NCBI GenBank assembly: GCA_028534125.1
Contig: CM052816.1
Span: 4,962,001-5,026,000, forward strand
DNA length: 64,000 nucleotides
Direction of reading: 5' to 3'
From: Lama glama
Taxonomy: Eukaryota
Position numbers and translations under genes: made by a program. The stretch's first letter is position 1, and the number at the start of each line of letters is the position of its first letter. Below the pieces are notes generated by a model, which saw only the letters and a program-made list of their open reading frames with translations, searched no databases and had not been told where the DNA came from. Below are positions 46,801 to 58,719 of this stretch, piece by piece.

Positions 46801-47253
46801 TTGATTTTTTAAATACTGGCAACTACTTATTAAAAACTGCTTTAAACCCTGTCTGTCAAATTCACCATATCTGTGTGACAGACGTACCCTATGGGCTGAC
46901 ACAACTTCTGCTTTAAAGACTTCCAAACGAAGAGTAACACCACAAAGAATCTAAGACACTAGAGGTTACACCCTTCTCAGACATGCTGGCTACCCTGATG
47001 TTTCATAAAAGCAACACATCCTTCCATCACATTTAATTTACCAAAGCTTTATTCTAATTATTTATTTAAAATTCCCACATTAAATATTCCCTAAGTCCAT
47101 ACCAGAAAGTGAGTCAACTAGAGCAGAGCTCTTTACCATGGCAATATAACTGTAACTGAGCACGATTTCCCGGATCTTCCTCATCTCTTCTTCTAGATTG
47201 CTGGCCCAGACTTCACAGATCACCTGGCTGTTCTCCACAAGTGCCGCAGGCAT
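40677..47253 (-). CDS. CNOT8: CCR4-NOT transcription complex subunit 8 (CAF1b/POP2 DEDD deadenylase), complete, 292 aa
   Basis: Six GT-AG exons total 879 nt, from [23 protein letters not shown] to [11 protein letters not shown]. The DTEF and HQAGSD catalytic motifs are intact, and the termini identify CNOT8 rather than CNOT7. Confidence 0.98.
41253..41452 (-). mobile_element. MER20 hAT-Charlie element
   Basis: tctcaacct..gcactattg..gatgtttagcagc..ccaaaaatgtctccagacat..ggggggcaaaat. Confidence 0.8.
41466..42146 (-). mobile_element. L1 ORF2 (reverse transcriptase region) internal fragment, degenerate
   Basis: Peptides [21 protein letters not shown] and [17 protein letters not shown], frameshifted. 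Confidence 0.9.
42462..42572 (-). CDS. CNOT8: CNOT8 coding exon 5
   Basis: ctccag|[43 protein letters not shown]|gtaagg. Confidence 0.96.
43258..43402 (-). CDS. CNOT8: CNOT8 coding exon 4
   Basis: ttgtag|[27 protein letters not shown]|gtacgt. Confidence 0.96.
43998..44159 (-). CDS. CNOT8: CNOT8 coding exon 3
   Basis: ttttag|[31 protein letters not shown]|gtcagt. Confidence 0.96.
44595..45553 (-). mobile_element. Old L1MB-like 3' end with nested SINEs
   Basis: aaagtatacaactcaatagtttttagtatattcacagagttgtacaacc..ggagaaatgtctattt. Confidence 0.8.
45378..45458 (-). mobile_element. Camelid SINE (short, diverged)
   Basis: gtactgggtattgaaccca..gctctac..gagct..ctcccc; TSD tttataag(t/c)cattttt at 45362-45377 and 45462-45477. 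Confidence 0.85.
45558..45708 (-). mobile_element. Camelid SINE (vic-1-like)
   Basis: ggaggtactggggactgaacccaggacc..gcatgctaagcatgcgctctaccacttgagctataccctcccc. Confidence 0.9.
45895..46088 (-). CDS. CNOT8: CNOT8 coding exon 2
   Basis: ttctag|GACACAGAA ([24 protein letters not shown]) AC|gtaagt. Confidence 0.96.
47137..47253 (-). CDS. CNOT8: CNOT8 first coding exon (exon including UTR 47137-47318)
   Basis: ATG at 47253; [15 protein letters not shown]|gtaaag; acceptor gaacgtag at 47320-47319. Confidence 0.96.
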
Positions 47254-47493
47254 CCTGAAGAGACCTGAAGTCGATTTCAGAAGACTACGACAGAGGGCAA
47301 GCCAACGGTTGATCCGATCTACGTTCAAAAGCACATTTTGAAATCACATTAATTTATATATTGGCATAAGATGTTAACACAACAAAGACATCAAAACAAT
47401 ATTTTACCGTCACTTCATCAGCTTAAGCTAAAACATTAAGACTATTATATTTATTCTCCATTTTATATGAAGGGGAAAACTGCCTTTGTAAAG

Positions 47494-47535
47494 GCAGACA
47501 GACAGACAGACAGACACACACACACACACACAGAG
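47494..47535. repeat. (CAGA)n(CA)n microsatellite
   Basis: Seen directly. Confidence 0.85.
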
Positions 47536-50484
47536 ACACACTCCTCTCTCTATATATGTATATACCCCCTTCCTTTCCTCAGTTTGTTAACCTAAAGAGA
47601 CTAAAATTACTTAAGAAACCTAAAGAAACTTTGGCCCAAGGTGCCCTTTAGCACAGAAATAAAACTACCCTAAACCAGTTTCTGAGCCCTCTCCAGACCT
47701 ACCTGAAGACTAAAATAGTTCCCTGTGAACACAAATATGCCCTCAACCATGACTTTCATATCACTTTGCACAGAGACCAAATCGTGCAAAAATTTCTAAA
47801 GGAGTCACTTTCGCCAGTTTAAATGTGCCAGGATCTCTGAAAGCCTGAAAGAATGTGGACCTAAACTCTCGCACTGAAGTCTGAACACTTACACGGTGAC
47901 TATGGGCCAGGGACTTCCCTCTCCACTCCCCAAACAACGAAATTCTTTTTCCCCACATTCCAAAAGTCAAATACAACTAGAGGCAAATAGGTCATGAAGT
48001 GAGGGATTTAAGCTGGAAAAACCAATCCCACTTGCTAATTTGAACCTTTAACAATCACCATGAAAATTAGAATTTGAGTCATTAATGTCTACTTTTAAGC
48101 ATATAATATTCTAAAGGAACTAAGCAGCAATTCAACAATAAGAACAGAAAAGACAGCAGGTATAAGCAGTTCAACCAGAAACAGAATGATTTATAGTGTA
48201 TCCTCTGGGAGCAAACTGCGGGAGGCAACAGTACTCTGCAAGAGAAAACTCAACATGGTTCAGCCTGAGAGTAATGCTGTTATTACAGCAATGAGATGCT
48301 TAGTTATAAAAAGACAGAAAGAAGCTTATCTTAAGGGCATTTATTTAAAAGGCAAGCCCACGGATGGATCCTCAACACAATATAAGAGTCCACTCCAGTG
48401 TGTATACTCGGGAAAATTCCTAGAAAGAGTAAAATGAATCTTTGCTTTCTATTTTCAAGAAAGGCAGATGCAACAATAAGAATCTGGGTCAAAATAAAAC
48501 TGGCATTCTCAAGTGTCATCTCCCTGAGACACTTCTGAGAAACCAATCTATTGGTCTGTCACCAACCCTTGAAAATTCCATTTATTCAAGTAACTCTACA
48601 CTTTGACAGATGCCTCTCTTAAATTACACTAGACTTACTGTAATTACTCTGAAACTTATGTAGCCTGTGGCAGCTTCCTAAAAATTATGGGTGGTGGACA
48701 CTTCTTAAAGGCAGAATCTAGTTCTCATTTTTGTTCTATACATAATGGGCATGAATTAAAGGCTTACAAATGACCAAATCAAAAACAACAGAAAAGAGCA
48801 GAAGTTCAGATTTTGTTGCAATAAATGACCATAATTTTTTAAATGTTGGGACTCAGAACTTTAGATTCTAAACCACACTTAAGGTTTTCCCCTGCAAAAG
48901 GGCATAAAACCATTTCTATGCCCATTAATGTTAATCATTCCAGTGAAACAACACACTTCCTTTCTGTGTCATTTCAAATACAACCAAAACTACTTTAGGG
49001 GAAGTGGGTATCACTAAGTGGAGATATTTACATAATAGCAAAAGCAACAAAAGTAACTCTAACAAAAAATATCTTTAGCATCCAAGCAGCAAAGAGCTGT
49101 TTTAAAAATAGGACAAACAGGTATTTATATTAAACCCTTAGAACCAGGCTCCCCAGCTAAGAAAGAAGCTTTTAAGGTCAAAAGAAATCAGAAAACAATC
49201 TGAAGAGGTTCCCTCTGGTCAAATAAAAGACAATGTGAATATCATTACAGATAATTACTACAATGCATTACAACTTCTCGGATAGATTTAAATTTAAGAG
49301 TTCATAATGAACTAAGAAAATAAACTTAATTGGCCATCATTGGAGAATGCTAGTGAATGGACTTATTTTTAAAACTACTTGTTTTTCCTATATAAACTAT
49401 ACCCCCCAAGTAACCAAATAGTTAAAGGGAAGTTTCTCTTTATCAAAGTTATATAGCAAAATATAAATACGGAATGATGGAATATCCTCATTTCATAACT
49501 CCTAATGAATTCATAGATCTGGGCAATAATCATAATGGCGTTTATATGGATTATTGAGAAAAGACAAATCTATAAAGACAGATAGTAGCCTACAGTGGTG
49601 GGGTTGGACTAGGGGTTAAAGGTAAATGGGACTGCGGTATCTTACTGAAGTGACAGAAATGTGCCCAAACTTAATTACAATGATTATTGATAACTCAGTA
49701 TGTTTACTAAAAATCAGCTAATTCTTCGTAAAAATGGGTGAGTTTTATAGTATGTAAAGTATACCTCAATAAAGTTGTTAAAAAATCACAATGGCTGTAA
49801 TCATCACAAAAAGAGACCACCTGGTATTAGAGCCGCCACACAGAACACATCACCACTATGAAATAGTCTTGCTAAAAAAAATCTAACTTGAATCTGACCA
49901 AGCCTCTAGATTTAACAATTTACCGGAAAGAAAGAAGACAGAGAAACACGTTAGATGACACCACAGAAATGCAATCAGCAAAATCCAGAAACTTCTATGA
50001 GAAAATACAGAACCCAGATTATTCAACAAATAAATTGCAAGCAATGAAAGATTCTCAGTAGACCTATCAACCAATCAAAGCATGCACACCTTAGTTAAAT
50101 CCTGCCTTAAATAAACTGCTAGAAAAAAAAAAACTATGACATTTTTGAGACGGTAGAAATCTGAACAATGCATCATTTTGGTTTCTTGTTTCAGGGTTTT
50201 GTTTTGCTTTTGTTGTGTGTTAAAATCTATTGTGATTATGGTTTGTGGAAAAAGTTCTTACCTTTTAGATATAACGCAAAATAGTTACAGGTGATGTACC
50301 AAATGTGGGGTTTGCTTCAAAATAACAGTGGAGAAAACTCCCAACAACTTTGTACAGTACTACTTTTCTCTACATTTAACAGAGAAGAAAACTGAAATTC
50401 AAAGTCATTAATGTAAAAACGTAGTATCATGGGTTTGATTTCCAAGAAAGTTCTTTTTACAACGTAAGGGCAGGAGATTTAGAG

Positions 50485-50645
50485 GTACAAACTATTATGT
50501 GTAAAATAAACTACAAGGACACATTGTACAACCTGGGGAATAGAGCCAATATTTCACAATAACTATAAATGGCGTATAACCTTTAAAAATTGAGTCACTA
50601 TATTGTACATCTGTAACTTACATAACTATACTCCAATTTAAATTT
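50485..50645 (+). mobile_element. L1 3' end fragment
   Basis: taaaataaactacaagga..gggaatagagccaatattt..aactataaatgg..actatactccaattt. Confidence 0.7.
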
Positions 50646-52129
50646 TTTTTATTATTTTTAAAAGCTAACCATTGTCATACATACAAATGAGGAAGTCAAA
50701 AGCAAACCACTGGCCAAAAATACTTAAGACATTCTTGCGCCAAACCCTTACCTAAGAAAATTGTGGAAATAAACAACAACCTGCAAACCCCAAGGTGTAG
50801 TGCCACGCAAAAACTGAAAAGGAGTCACATTACACACATTTAACTTAGCATAAATTGCTGGATATACTAGCCCCCAGAAAGAGAAATAATAATAAGTAAC
50901 GCCAGCAATTCTGCCTGCCACTTTCCACTCAGACTCAGTGAACACATGCTCCAGAATGAGCCTAAAATGGGGATCACAAACATACTGTTCCCCTTGCTTA
51001 TTAGTTTTCCTCCTTTCCAGCCTCTAGCGCGCCTCACAGTGCAGAAAGACTTTATGCCATTCAATTGTGTTTATTTGTGCAAAAGAACCCCTAAAGGTAT
51101 CCTAATTACATTATCTCTCTTTGGTTACAACCAAAGAAACAGTAACAAGTTTCAAAACTGAAGGAAAAAAGACTGCTGGATATACTGAGAAACACAATGG
51201 CCATCTCCAACTCTGCAACTACCTAAGAAATTTTTAAGGATAATTTTGGTTGCATGCAATGTTTGCCTTACAGGATGACTTTAAATCTTGATTCCCACAT
51301 GAGCTGTTCCACTTTACATGAAAGCAAAATACAAGCCCTGAAACCTGTTGTTTCCCAATATGAGACTGTGCAAGAAAGAAAGGTCACACAGAAGTTACGG
51401 AGGTTCCTGCCCTGGGCTGGTCTATAGAACGAACTGTGCAGATCGCCACCCCCCCACACATACCAATGCAATGATCTACAGTGTAAACTTCTCCAAAACA
51501 AAGTTCCTTATTGACACAGGAAAGCTCTGAAGAGCAACTAATTGATTTAAGTCACCCGAAAGCTTTATCTGCAAGCAATCCAGAGTACCAGACCCTGTTT
51601 AGGAAAAGAATGTTTTGGTTTTCCTGCTTTTGTTTTAAAGGAAACATTCTAGAGGGCCGAACAAAGGCTTTGCCGCGCACGGATAAGATGGAAAAGGAAG
51701 TACAGCACTCTAGAAGAAATGGCAGCCGCCTTGAAGAGGGTCCTCTGCATACGCGGCCGCTGTCCTCGGCTCCGGACCCCGACCTGCCCCCGCCAAACAG
51801 CGTCCCAAGACATTCCCCCGGACCGAACCGTAGCTCAGCCAGTTCTTAAAACCATCCATGTGGCCCAGGCCTGTAAGCAGGATTCTCCAGAGATCAGAGA
51901 TCTGGTTCACAAAGCCACAGAACAGCAAGGAAAAGTTGTGGGGCCACAAAAACCAAGAAGGGAGAGGCCCGCAAGGTTCCAAACTCAGGTCCCCTCCCTT
52001 ACACGTCTCCTCCTCTTCCCGTTCTGATCACGCTCCCACTTCAAACCACCCTCATTCTTCTCCTTCTCCTCCTAATCCCCCCGCCTTTTTTTGTTTGTAA
52101 AACAAAGATATTAAAACTACAGGCATTAG

Positions 52130-52345
52130 GGCCAGACAGACCTATGTTCGAAGCCAGGACAAGGAGTAGCTGTATGGCTTTGCGTAAGTTACTTAAACCC
52201 TCTCGTGCCTCAGTTTTCCCTTCTTGTGAAATGGGCTTAATGATGCTACACCCTCTCAGAGAATTGTAGTAGAATTTTAAAAAATGAAGCATATAAGGTG
52301 CTCTGGAAAGGCTTGGCACAAATCACTAGAATTATCGTGTGGCAG
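52130..52345 (+). mobile_element. MIR SINE
   Basis: aagttacttaaaccctctcgtgcctcagttttccc..tgtgaaatggg core. Confidence 0.7.
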
Positions 52346-52349
52346 TGGT

Positions 52350-53520
52350 GGTTATTATTACTACTATTCGACGGGCCTCTCTTTACACACCGTGCCCCTC
52401 ACGCAAGCGCTCACTCCCTTCCCTCCCGCAGGCCCCCCTTGCCTCCCATACTCTCTCATCTCATGCTCCTCACTGATAAGCTCGGGCCTGCTTACCCTGA
52501 CCGGCAGGGCCCGCGAAGCGCGGGCAGGCGGCCGAACTCCCCGGGTGCGACGGCGGCGGCGGCGGCCCCTGACCCAGCACTCTCCTCCCCCTGCCCCGGA
52601 TCCGCTCGTAGAACCGAGGGCCCAGTGAGATGGGCGCCCTAGTGCCCAGAGCGACCTTATGCACCGCCCACCAAACAACCTGGCCGCACCACTCTACCCA
52701 CCCGATCCTCCCGACTCGCCTGCTCCCTTTGCGTCCCTCCGAGCGCGCGCGCGCCTGATCGTGCCTGCCCCTCCCCTTCTGCGCGCCCTGGCGACTCCGT
52801 GCGTGTTCGCCCAACCTGTGAGTTCGCGGGAGCAGCGAGCAGGCGCAAAACCGAGGGTTCGCCGCGGAAACGGCGGGGTGTGGCGACCTCGGAGGACGCA
52901 TGCGGAACATGGCCCTCCCTAGGCCCTCGCGCGACTGGTTGAACCAATTCAATTGAGCAAGATCACTACTCCTCCATTTCGATTCCCCTCCCGCGCGTTC
53001 AGGGAGTGGGCATGGTCTAGAACTAGCCCCACCCCGGAGTGGGCGTGGCCTAACCAGACCAAAGGGCGTGGCCCGTCTGATCAAATCCCTCAGAATACAA
53101 CGTCCCCTCCTCCCTGTTTTGAAGGACTGTTAAAATCGTTGGCAGAAGCGGACGTGGGGAGAGGTTGGCTGGGCGACATCCTGATCCCTTCCTTCTGTAC
53201 TAATGCAGCCCCCTGGACCCTTCATTTACAAAACATCTACCTGACGGCTTCCTCTCTGGCAGACATTTGATTGGGGGTGGGGCAGGAGCCCCAAACCGAG
53301 TCTGGGTGACGTCCGCCAAGGCCCACCTCCTTCCTCCCGGCCCCACGGAGCTGGGAGTGCAGCGTTACCACGGCAACCGCCGGGGCCTGCCGGAGTTACA
53401 AAGAAGACGCAGCCTCGGTTGGGGAGGAGCTGGGCGAGTCCGCTGGCGTCCTCCTGCCTTTCGGGAAGCTCCGAGACCTGGCGGACGCTAAGCAGGCTCG
53501 CCAAATCTTCGTAGCGAGAG
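52350..53520. promoter_or_regulatory. CNOT8: CpG island / CNOT8 promoter
   Basis: Dense CpG and high GC; GGGCGTGGC boxes near 53041 and 53064, CCAAT near 52943, NRF1-like CGCATGCG near 52897, TGACGTC at 53307, X-box at 53364-53377. Confidence 0.9.
52496..52610 (-). other. CNOT8: CNOT8 non-coding first exon (5' boundary approximate); contains (GCC)5
   Basis: Strong donor CAGG|GTAAGC at 52496/52495 inside the CpG island; (CGG)5 at 52551-52565 on +. Confidence 0.65.
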
Positions 53521-54887
53521 CAGTGGGGCCCAGGCCTAGTTTAGGGGATTCCTTAAAGCCCCCTCCCGCCCTCTTAATATCTGTGACTACTGTTTGAAAA
53601 GAGATATCTTTGCCAATGCCTCCCCTTGGCAGAGTCTGACCAGGCTTGGATACAACGCTGCCTCGTGTTCTTTAGCAGTGGGAAAGAAGACAAAGCGCTG
53701 ACATCCTGCAAATATCTGTCAATTCCGAGCCGCCCTCATAGTCACGCAAGAGCTCCACCTTGTCCCGGCTAGACAGTGCAGATGTCCCAAAGCATGGCTC
53801 TATTCATAGTACTGGACGCGTTCACTTGAAGAGGGCTGTTGGTAAGTGGATAGCAAATTCACCCCCAAGTCACTGGGCCTTCATACTTGTAAACATTCCT
53901 TCTCAGGGGATTCTCCAAAATCATCCTTTTTCCGGCAATTTCAACCTTGATTTCCAAAAGCTACTCTCCAGGGAGGTGAACTTCCACGTCCAGTTCCCAA
54001 ATTTGAGCATCAAATGCACTTTCTGAACTCCTCCCCTTCAAATGAGTGTCTCCTTATCTGCAACAGGGATTTGAATAACTATCTCACAAGATGTTTGTGT
54101 TAAATGGGAAAAAAACACTCCACTGAGGAAGATATGTAAGTGTATTCAATAAAGAATTGTTTTTGGCCTCTCTCTTTGTTATCCTTGAGATACTCAGTGT
54201 TAGCTCTGCTGCGGACTTAATCATTCCGTTGAGCAGTGAGGGAGAAGGCAAGACGCTCCCTTCCCCTCTCCCCACTCCACGTCCTGTGAGCTTCTAATAT
54301 CCTTTCATCTACTTGTAATTACATTCAGGAGAGAAGAGTGGGATCAGTAGCTAGTCACATAAAAAGCAGCCTGTTTTTCCTGCAGCACTGGGCCTGGTGT
54401 GCCCTGAAATAAACAGGAAACACACCATCTCCTGTCCCCCAATTCCCCCTCACCCAGAACCGAGTGTTCATTTCTCAGTTTTCTGAAGATAAATGTAAAA
54501 CAAAAACACTGGAGGCTTCTATTTCAGGAGGTAGTGGAGTGTTTGTTGTGAACAATGGATTTTTTCCTGCACTCACACTATTGCAAAATTAGAATAATTG
54601 GGTAAATCACTGATTCTTGATGGGAGGGAGGCCCCAAATAAGAGGGTAGTTGGAAAAGAATATAGTCAATATAATTTCATATATGAAAAATAGGCTATTG
54701 GTTTTGAACTACAAACTATAGAAAGTAAGGCTTGAATACATCTCAGCTGGGAGGGTATAGGTTTCAAAAAACTGAAGAACATGGGTTGTAAAATGGATCT
54801 CCTGAAGAACTAGACAGGTTGATATCCTTAGCCAGTCAAACCTTTCTGTTTATTACCAATCCTAAATAAATCTAATGATGCATTTTT

Positions 54888-55023
54888 TACAATTTATTTT
54901 TGTTTGTTTTTGTTTTGTTGGGAGGCAATTAGTTTTATTTATTTACTTATTTATTTTAATGGAGGTACTGGGGATTGAAACCAGGACCCCGTGAATGCTA
55001 AGCACTGAGCTATACCCTCTCCC
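54888..55023 (-). mobile_element. Camelid SINE with internal deletion
   Basis: aatggaggtactggggattgaaaccaggacc..atgctaagcactgagctataccctctccc. Confidence 0.85.
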
Positions 55024-55562
55024 ATAACAATGCATTTCTTAAACTAGAATATGTGTGGGAAGATAAAATCTAAAAATACATATTTGGGTTTGAAATATTT
55101 TGAAAATGGGGAAGGAGGTAAATGCCTCCAGGCATATAGTATCACAGTATGAGCCCAAGCCTCAAAAACCTTTATATCCCTTAGAGTGCTGGCACACTTA
55201 GATGACTGTCAGCTGATTAATTCCATTGTTACAGTGCCCACCACCCAGGCTTAGCCAAGGTCTGTCACTTTGTGTAATGTTGTCTTTTACCAGATCATAA
55301 CTTTACATTCAACTGAACACGCACCCAATTGGCTTTTTTCCTTGGTAGAGCTGGAATTCATTTCCTGCTTTTGAAGTGTGTTTTCCCTGCTTTTTCTACA
55401 TAATTGCAAAACCTTCTGACTCTTGAAAATTATCAACAGATCATCAAACTTCCCCTAAATATAAAGCACAGATCAGGTTTCATGACAAAGCATTTGAGTA
55501 TTCTTTTGATCTTTTGGTTACAACCTGAAAAACCTTCCAACTAGATCAGAGATCAGAGCTCA

Positions 55563-56121
55563 TTTTTTTTAACATTTTTTTACTGAATTATAGTCATTTT
55601 ACAATGTGTCAAATTCCACTGTAGAGCACAATTTTTCAGTTATACATGAACATACATATATTCATTGTCACATTTTTTTTCACTGTGAGCTACCACAAGA
55701 TTTTGTATATATTTCCCTGTGCTATACAGTATAATCTTGTTTATCTATTCTACATATGCCTGTCAGTATCTACAAATTTGGAAATCCCAGTCTGTCCCTT
55801 CCCACCCCCTGCCCCCTTGGCAACCAGAAGTTTGTATTCTGTGTCAATGAGTCTGTTGCTGTTTTGTATTTATGTTCTTTTTTTTAAGATTCCACATATA
55901 AGCTATCTCATACGGTATTTTTCTTTCTCTTTCTGGCTTACTTCACTTAGAATGACATTCTCCAGGAACATCCATGTTGCTGCAAGTGGTGTTATGTTGT
56001 CGGTTTTATGGTTGAATTTTATTCCATTGTATAAATATACCACCTCTTCTTTATCCAGTCATCTGTTGATGGACATTTAGGCTGTTTCCATGTCTTGGCT
56101 ATTGTATATAGTGTTGCTATG
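55563..56121 (-). mobile_element. Young lineage L1 3' end running into a gap
   Basis: Highly similar to 31140-31881; paralogous pseudo-ORFs MNIHIF.. Confidence 0.9.
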
Positions 56122-56621
56122 NNNNNNNNNNNNNNNNNNNNNNNNNNNNNNNNNNNNNNNNNNNNNNNNNNNNNNNNNNNNNNNNNNNNNNNNNNNNNNN
56201 NNNNNNNNNNNNNNNNNNNNNNNNNNNNNNNNNNNNNNNNNNNNNNNNNNNNNNNNNNNNNNNNNNNNNNNNNNNNNNNNNNNNNNNNNNNNNNNNNNNN
56301 NNNNNNNNNNNNNNNNNNNNNNNNNNNNNNNNNNNNNNNNNNNNNNNNNNNNNNNNNNNNNNNNNNNNNNNNNNNNNNNNNNNNNNNNNNNNNNNNNNNN
56401 NNNNNNNNNNNNNNNNNNNNNNNNNNNNNNNNNNNNNNNNNNNNNNNNNNNNNNNNNNNNNNNNNNNNNNNNNNNNNNNNNNNNNNNNNNNNNNNNNNNN
56501 NNNNNNNNNNNNNNNNNNNNNNNNNNNNNNNNNNNNNNNNNNNNNNNNNNNNNNNNNNNNNNNNNNNNNNNNNNNNNNNNNNNNNNNNNNNNNNNNNNNN
56601 NNNNNNNNNNNNNNNNNNNNN
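56122..56621. other. Assembly gap (500 N)
   Basis: Run of N. Confidence 1.
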
Positions 56622-56879
56622 GGATATTATTTTATTTGTATCTCATTTGATTTCCTTGAGAATCTACTTAAGTAAAATTTCACTATCTACCAATAATAAT
56701 CATAAAGCTGATTTCAAGAGCTGGAATGTCTATCAAGATGTTCTAACTAATATATTCCCCTAATTTCACAGAAAGTAATTAAACAATTCAAGCTCACCCA
56801 GCTCCCAAAGATTGAACCAAGATTTAAGTCTTCTGATTCCCATTCCAGTATGGGATCAGGTGTTCAATTAGTTAGTTGT

Positions 56880-58090
56880 GTTTATGGTCCAATTGCTATG
56901 GGGCAGGGCCCCACACTGGCACTGGAGGATGCACTCGTGAATGAAACATACATGTTTCCTGGCTTTGATGCAGGAAAATGGATGTGCGGCATGAGGAGGG
57001 CCATATCCCAGGTCTCGGGTGAGCCCCCGGAACGTGCTCCACCAAGTGTGGGTCTTTGGCTTCACACAGGAAAGAATTCAAATGCGAGCCACCGTTGAGT
57101 AAAGGTAGATTTATTTAGAGAGATACACACTGCATAGTGTAAGGCGAGAGAAAGGCAAGGAAAGGGGTGTGGGAATTGGGTGCTCAGGTTAAAGTAAAAG
57201 TAGGTACAGACTCCACAGACAGAGTGCAGGCCATCTCCAAAGGGAAGAAACCCAAAAAAGGGCCACTAGGCGTGGTGTTGCCAGTTTTATGGGCTCAGTA
57301 GCTTCACACACCTGGGATCAGGCCACCGCCCATTCTTTGGCCTTTTGCCATTACCCTTGGGACTGTCATGGTGCCTGCGGGCATGTTATTTATCAGGCCA
57401 TTACAATGAGCATATAAGGAAGCTCAAGGTCGACTAGAAGTCAAATCTCTTAATCCTCAAGGCCAACTAGGAGGTGAATCTTCCATTTTGGTATTAAACT
57501 GCTGTCATTCCTAGAGGGACTGTGCCCTGCCCTCTTCCATCCTGTCTCAGCTTGATGGAGCTTAAAGTCTGGTGGCAGGGGCTGACAATAAAACAAGTAA
57601 ACAAGCATTCAAGTAAGAAATAAAAGGATAATGGGAATTTTTGAGAGCTAACATGGAGGAAATGAATGAGGTAAAAGTCACGGAGAATAACTGGATTAAG
57701 GGAAGATACTTGGGCAATTACTTAAAGGTCAAAGAAAGCCACTCTGAGAAGGTGGCATTTAGGCAGAGCTGAGAAGGACCCAAGTGGGGGAGAGAGAGGC
57801 ATGAGAAGTTGTGAGCAGTACATTTCAAACAGAGGGTTAGAAGTGAGTTTTGCCTGTTAGAGGCAGTGAAGGGAGGGAGGCCAGGGCAGCTGCCTGCAGG
57901 TGGAGCGAGAACAGCAGCTTAAGATGAGGCTGCAGAGGAAAGCAGTCAAGTCAAGTAAAGGTCCGGGAGGCTTTAAACCATACTCTATTCAAAGTGCTTC
58001 AGGAAACCCAGAAGGATTGTACTTACAGGAATGACCTGGTCCAATCTACGTTTTTAAAGATTACTTTGACTTTAATGGACAGAGTGTGGA
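56880..58090 (-). mobile_element. LINE2 split by the solo LTR
   Basis: ggcactggaggatgcactcgtgaatgaaaca|LTR|atggagcttaaagtct..gacaataaaacaagtaaac..ctgagaaggtggcattt. Confidence 0.65.
56966..57549 (-). mobile_element. Solo LTR, ERV1-class
   Basis: TG..CA ends on - (TGAGACAGG..GCATCA), 4-bp TSD GCTT (56962-56965 and 57550-57553), CATAAAA at 57291-57285, AATAAA at 57115-57110. Confidence 0.85.
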
Positions 58091-58719
58091 GCAAAGGCAG
58101 ACATGTTTGTATTACACTAACTTTGGTAAGAAAAGAAAGCTAGCTTCTCCCAGGCATGGAAAATATGTTGCCTATGGGAATACTGGCAACTTAGTTACTT
58201 TTATTAGGTCATTCTGATTGAGAGTTAGTTGCCACTACATCTTTTGATTATTGTTATTGTGAAATTGTTCAAGGCTGCTAACTGAATATTCAGTACTTAG
58301 AAAGAAGAAAGTTGATCTCTGTCTATATGGAGCTAGGCAAGAAGAAATACAGGCCAAGGGCAAGAGAGTAGGAAAGCATATTAATATAGATAACAGTGAA
58401 ACTTTTATTTTGGGACTGTAGTAAGTTCTAAAGCTCTCTTCCTCCTTCTCCCTGTGTATGAATGCCTTAAACCCATCCATCTCTGGTGCTACAGCCAGAT
58501 CTCAAAAAAAAAAAAAAAATCCTGGGTTTTTTTTTTAATATGACCAGCACTTAAAATCTGCATTTGAACTTCTGTAACATTCTATAATGTTCTAGGAGCA
58601 ATGGGACCCAAAGTCTTCGAAATATTTCTGAAGTTTCTGACCAGATGTGTTGCCTTGGAGTGTGGGATAAGGGATGTATTTCAGAAAAACTGGTAAACAA
58701 TTATAAATCTCAACTCCAG

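Noticed and set aside
52284..53504. Many overlapping 70-200 aa ORFs on both strands as independent genes
   Set aside because: Expected by chance in a GC-rich CpG island; low-complexity R/P/G/A content with no recognisable domain.
56090..56763. 186-222 aa ORFs
   Set aside because: Artefacts of reading through the 500-N gap.
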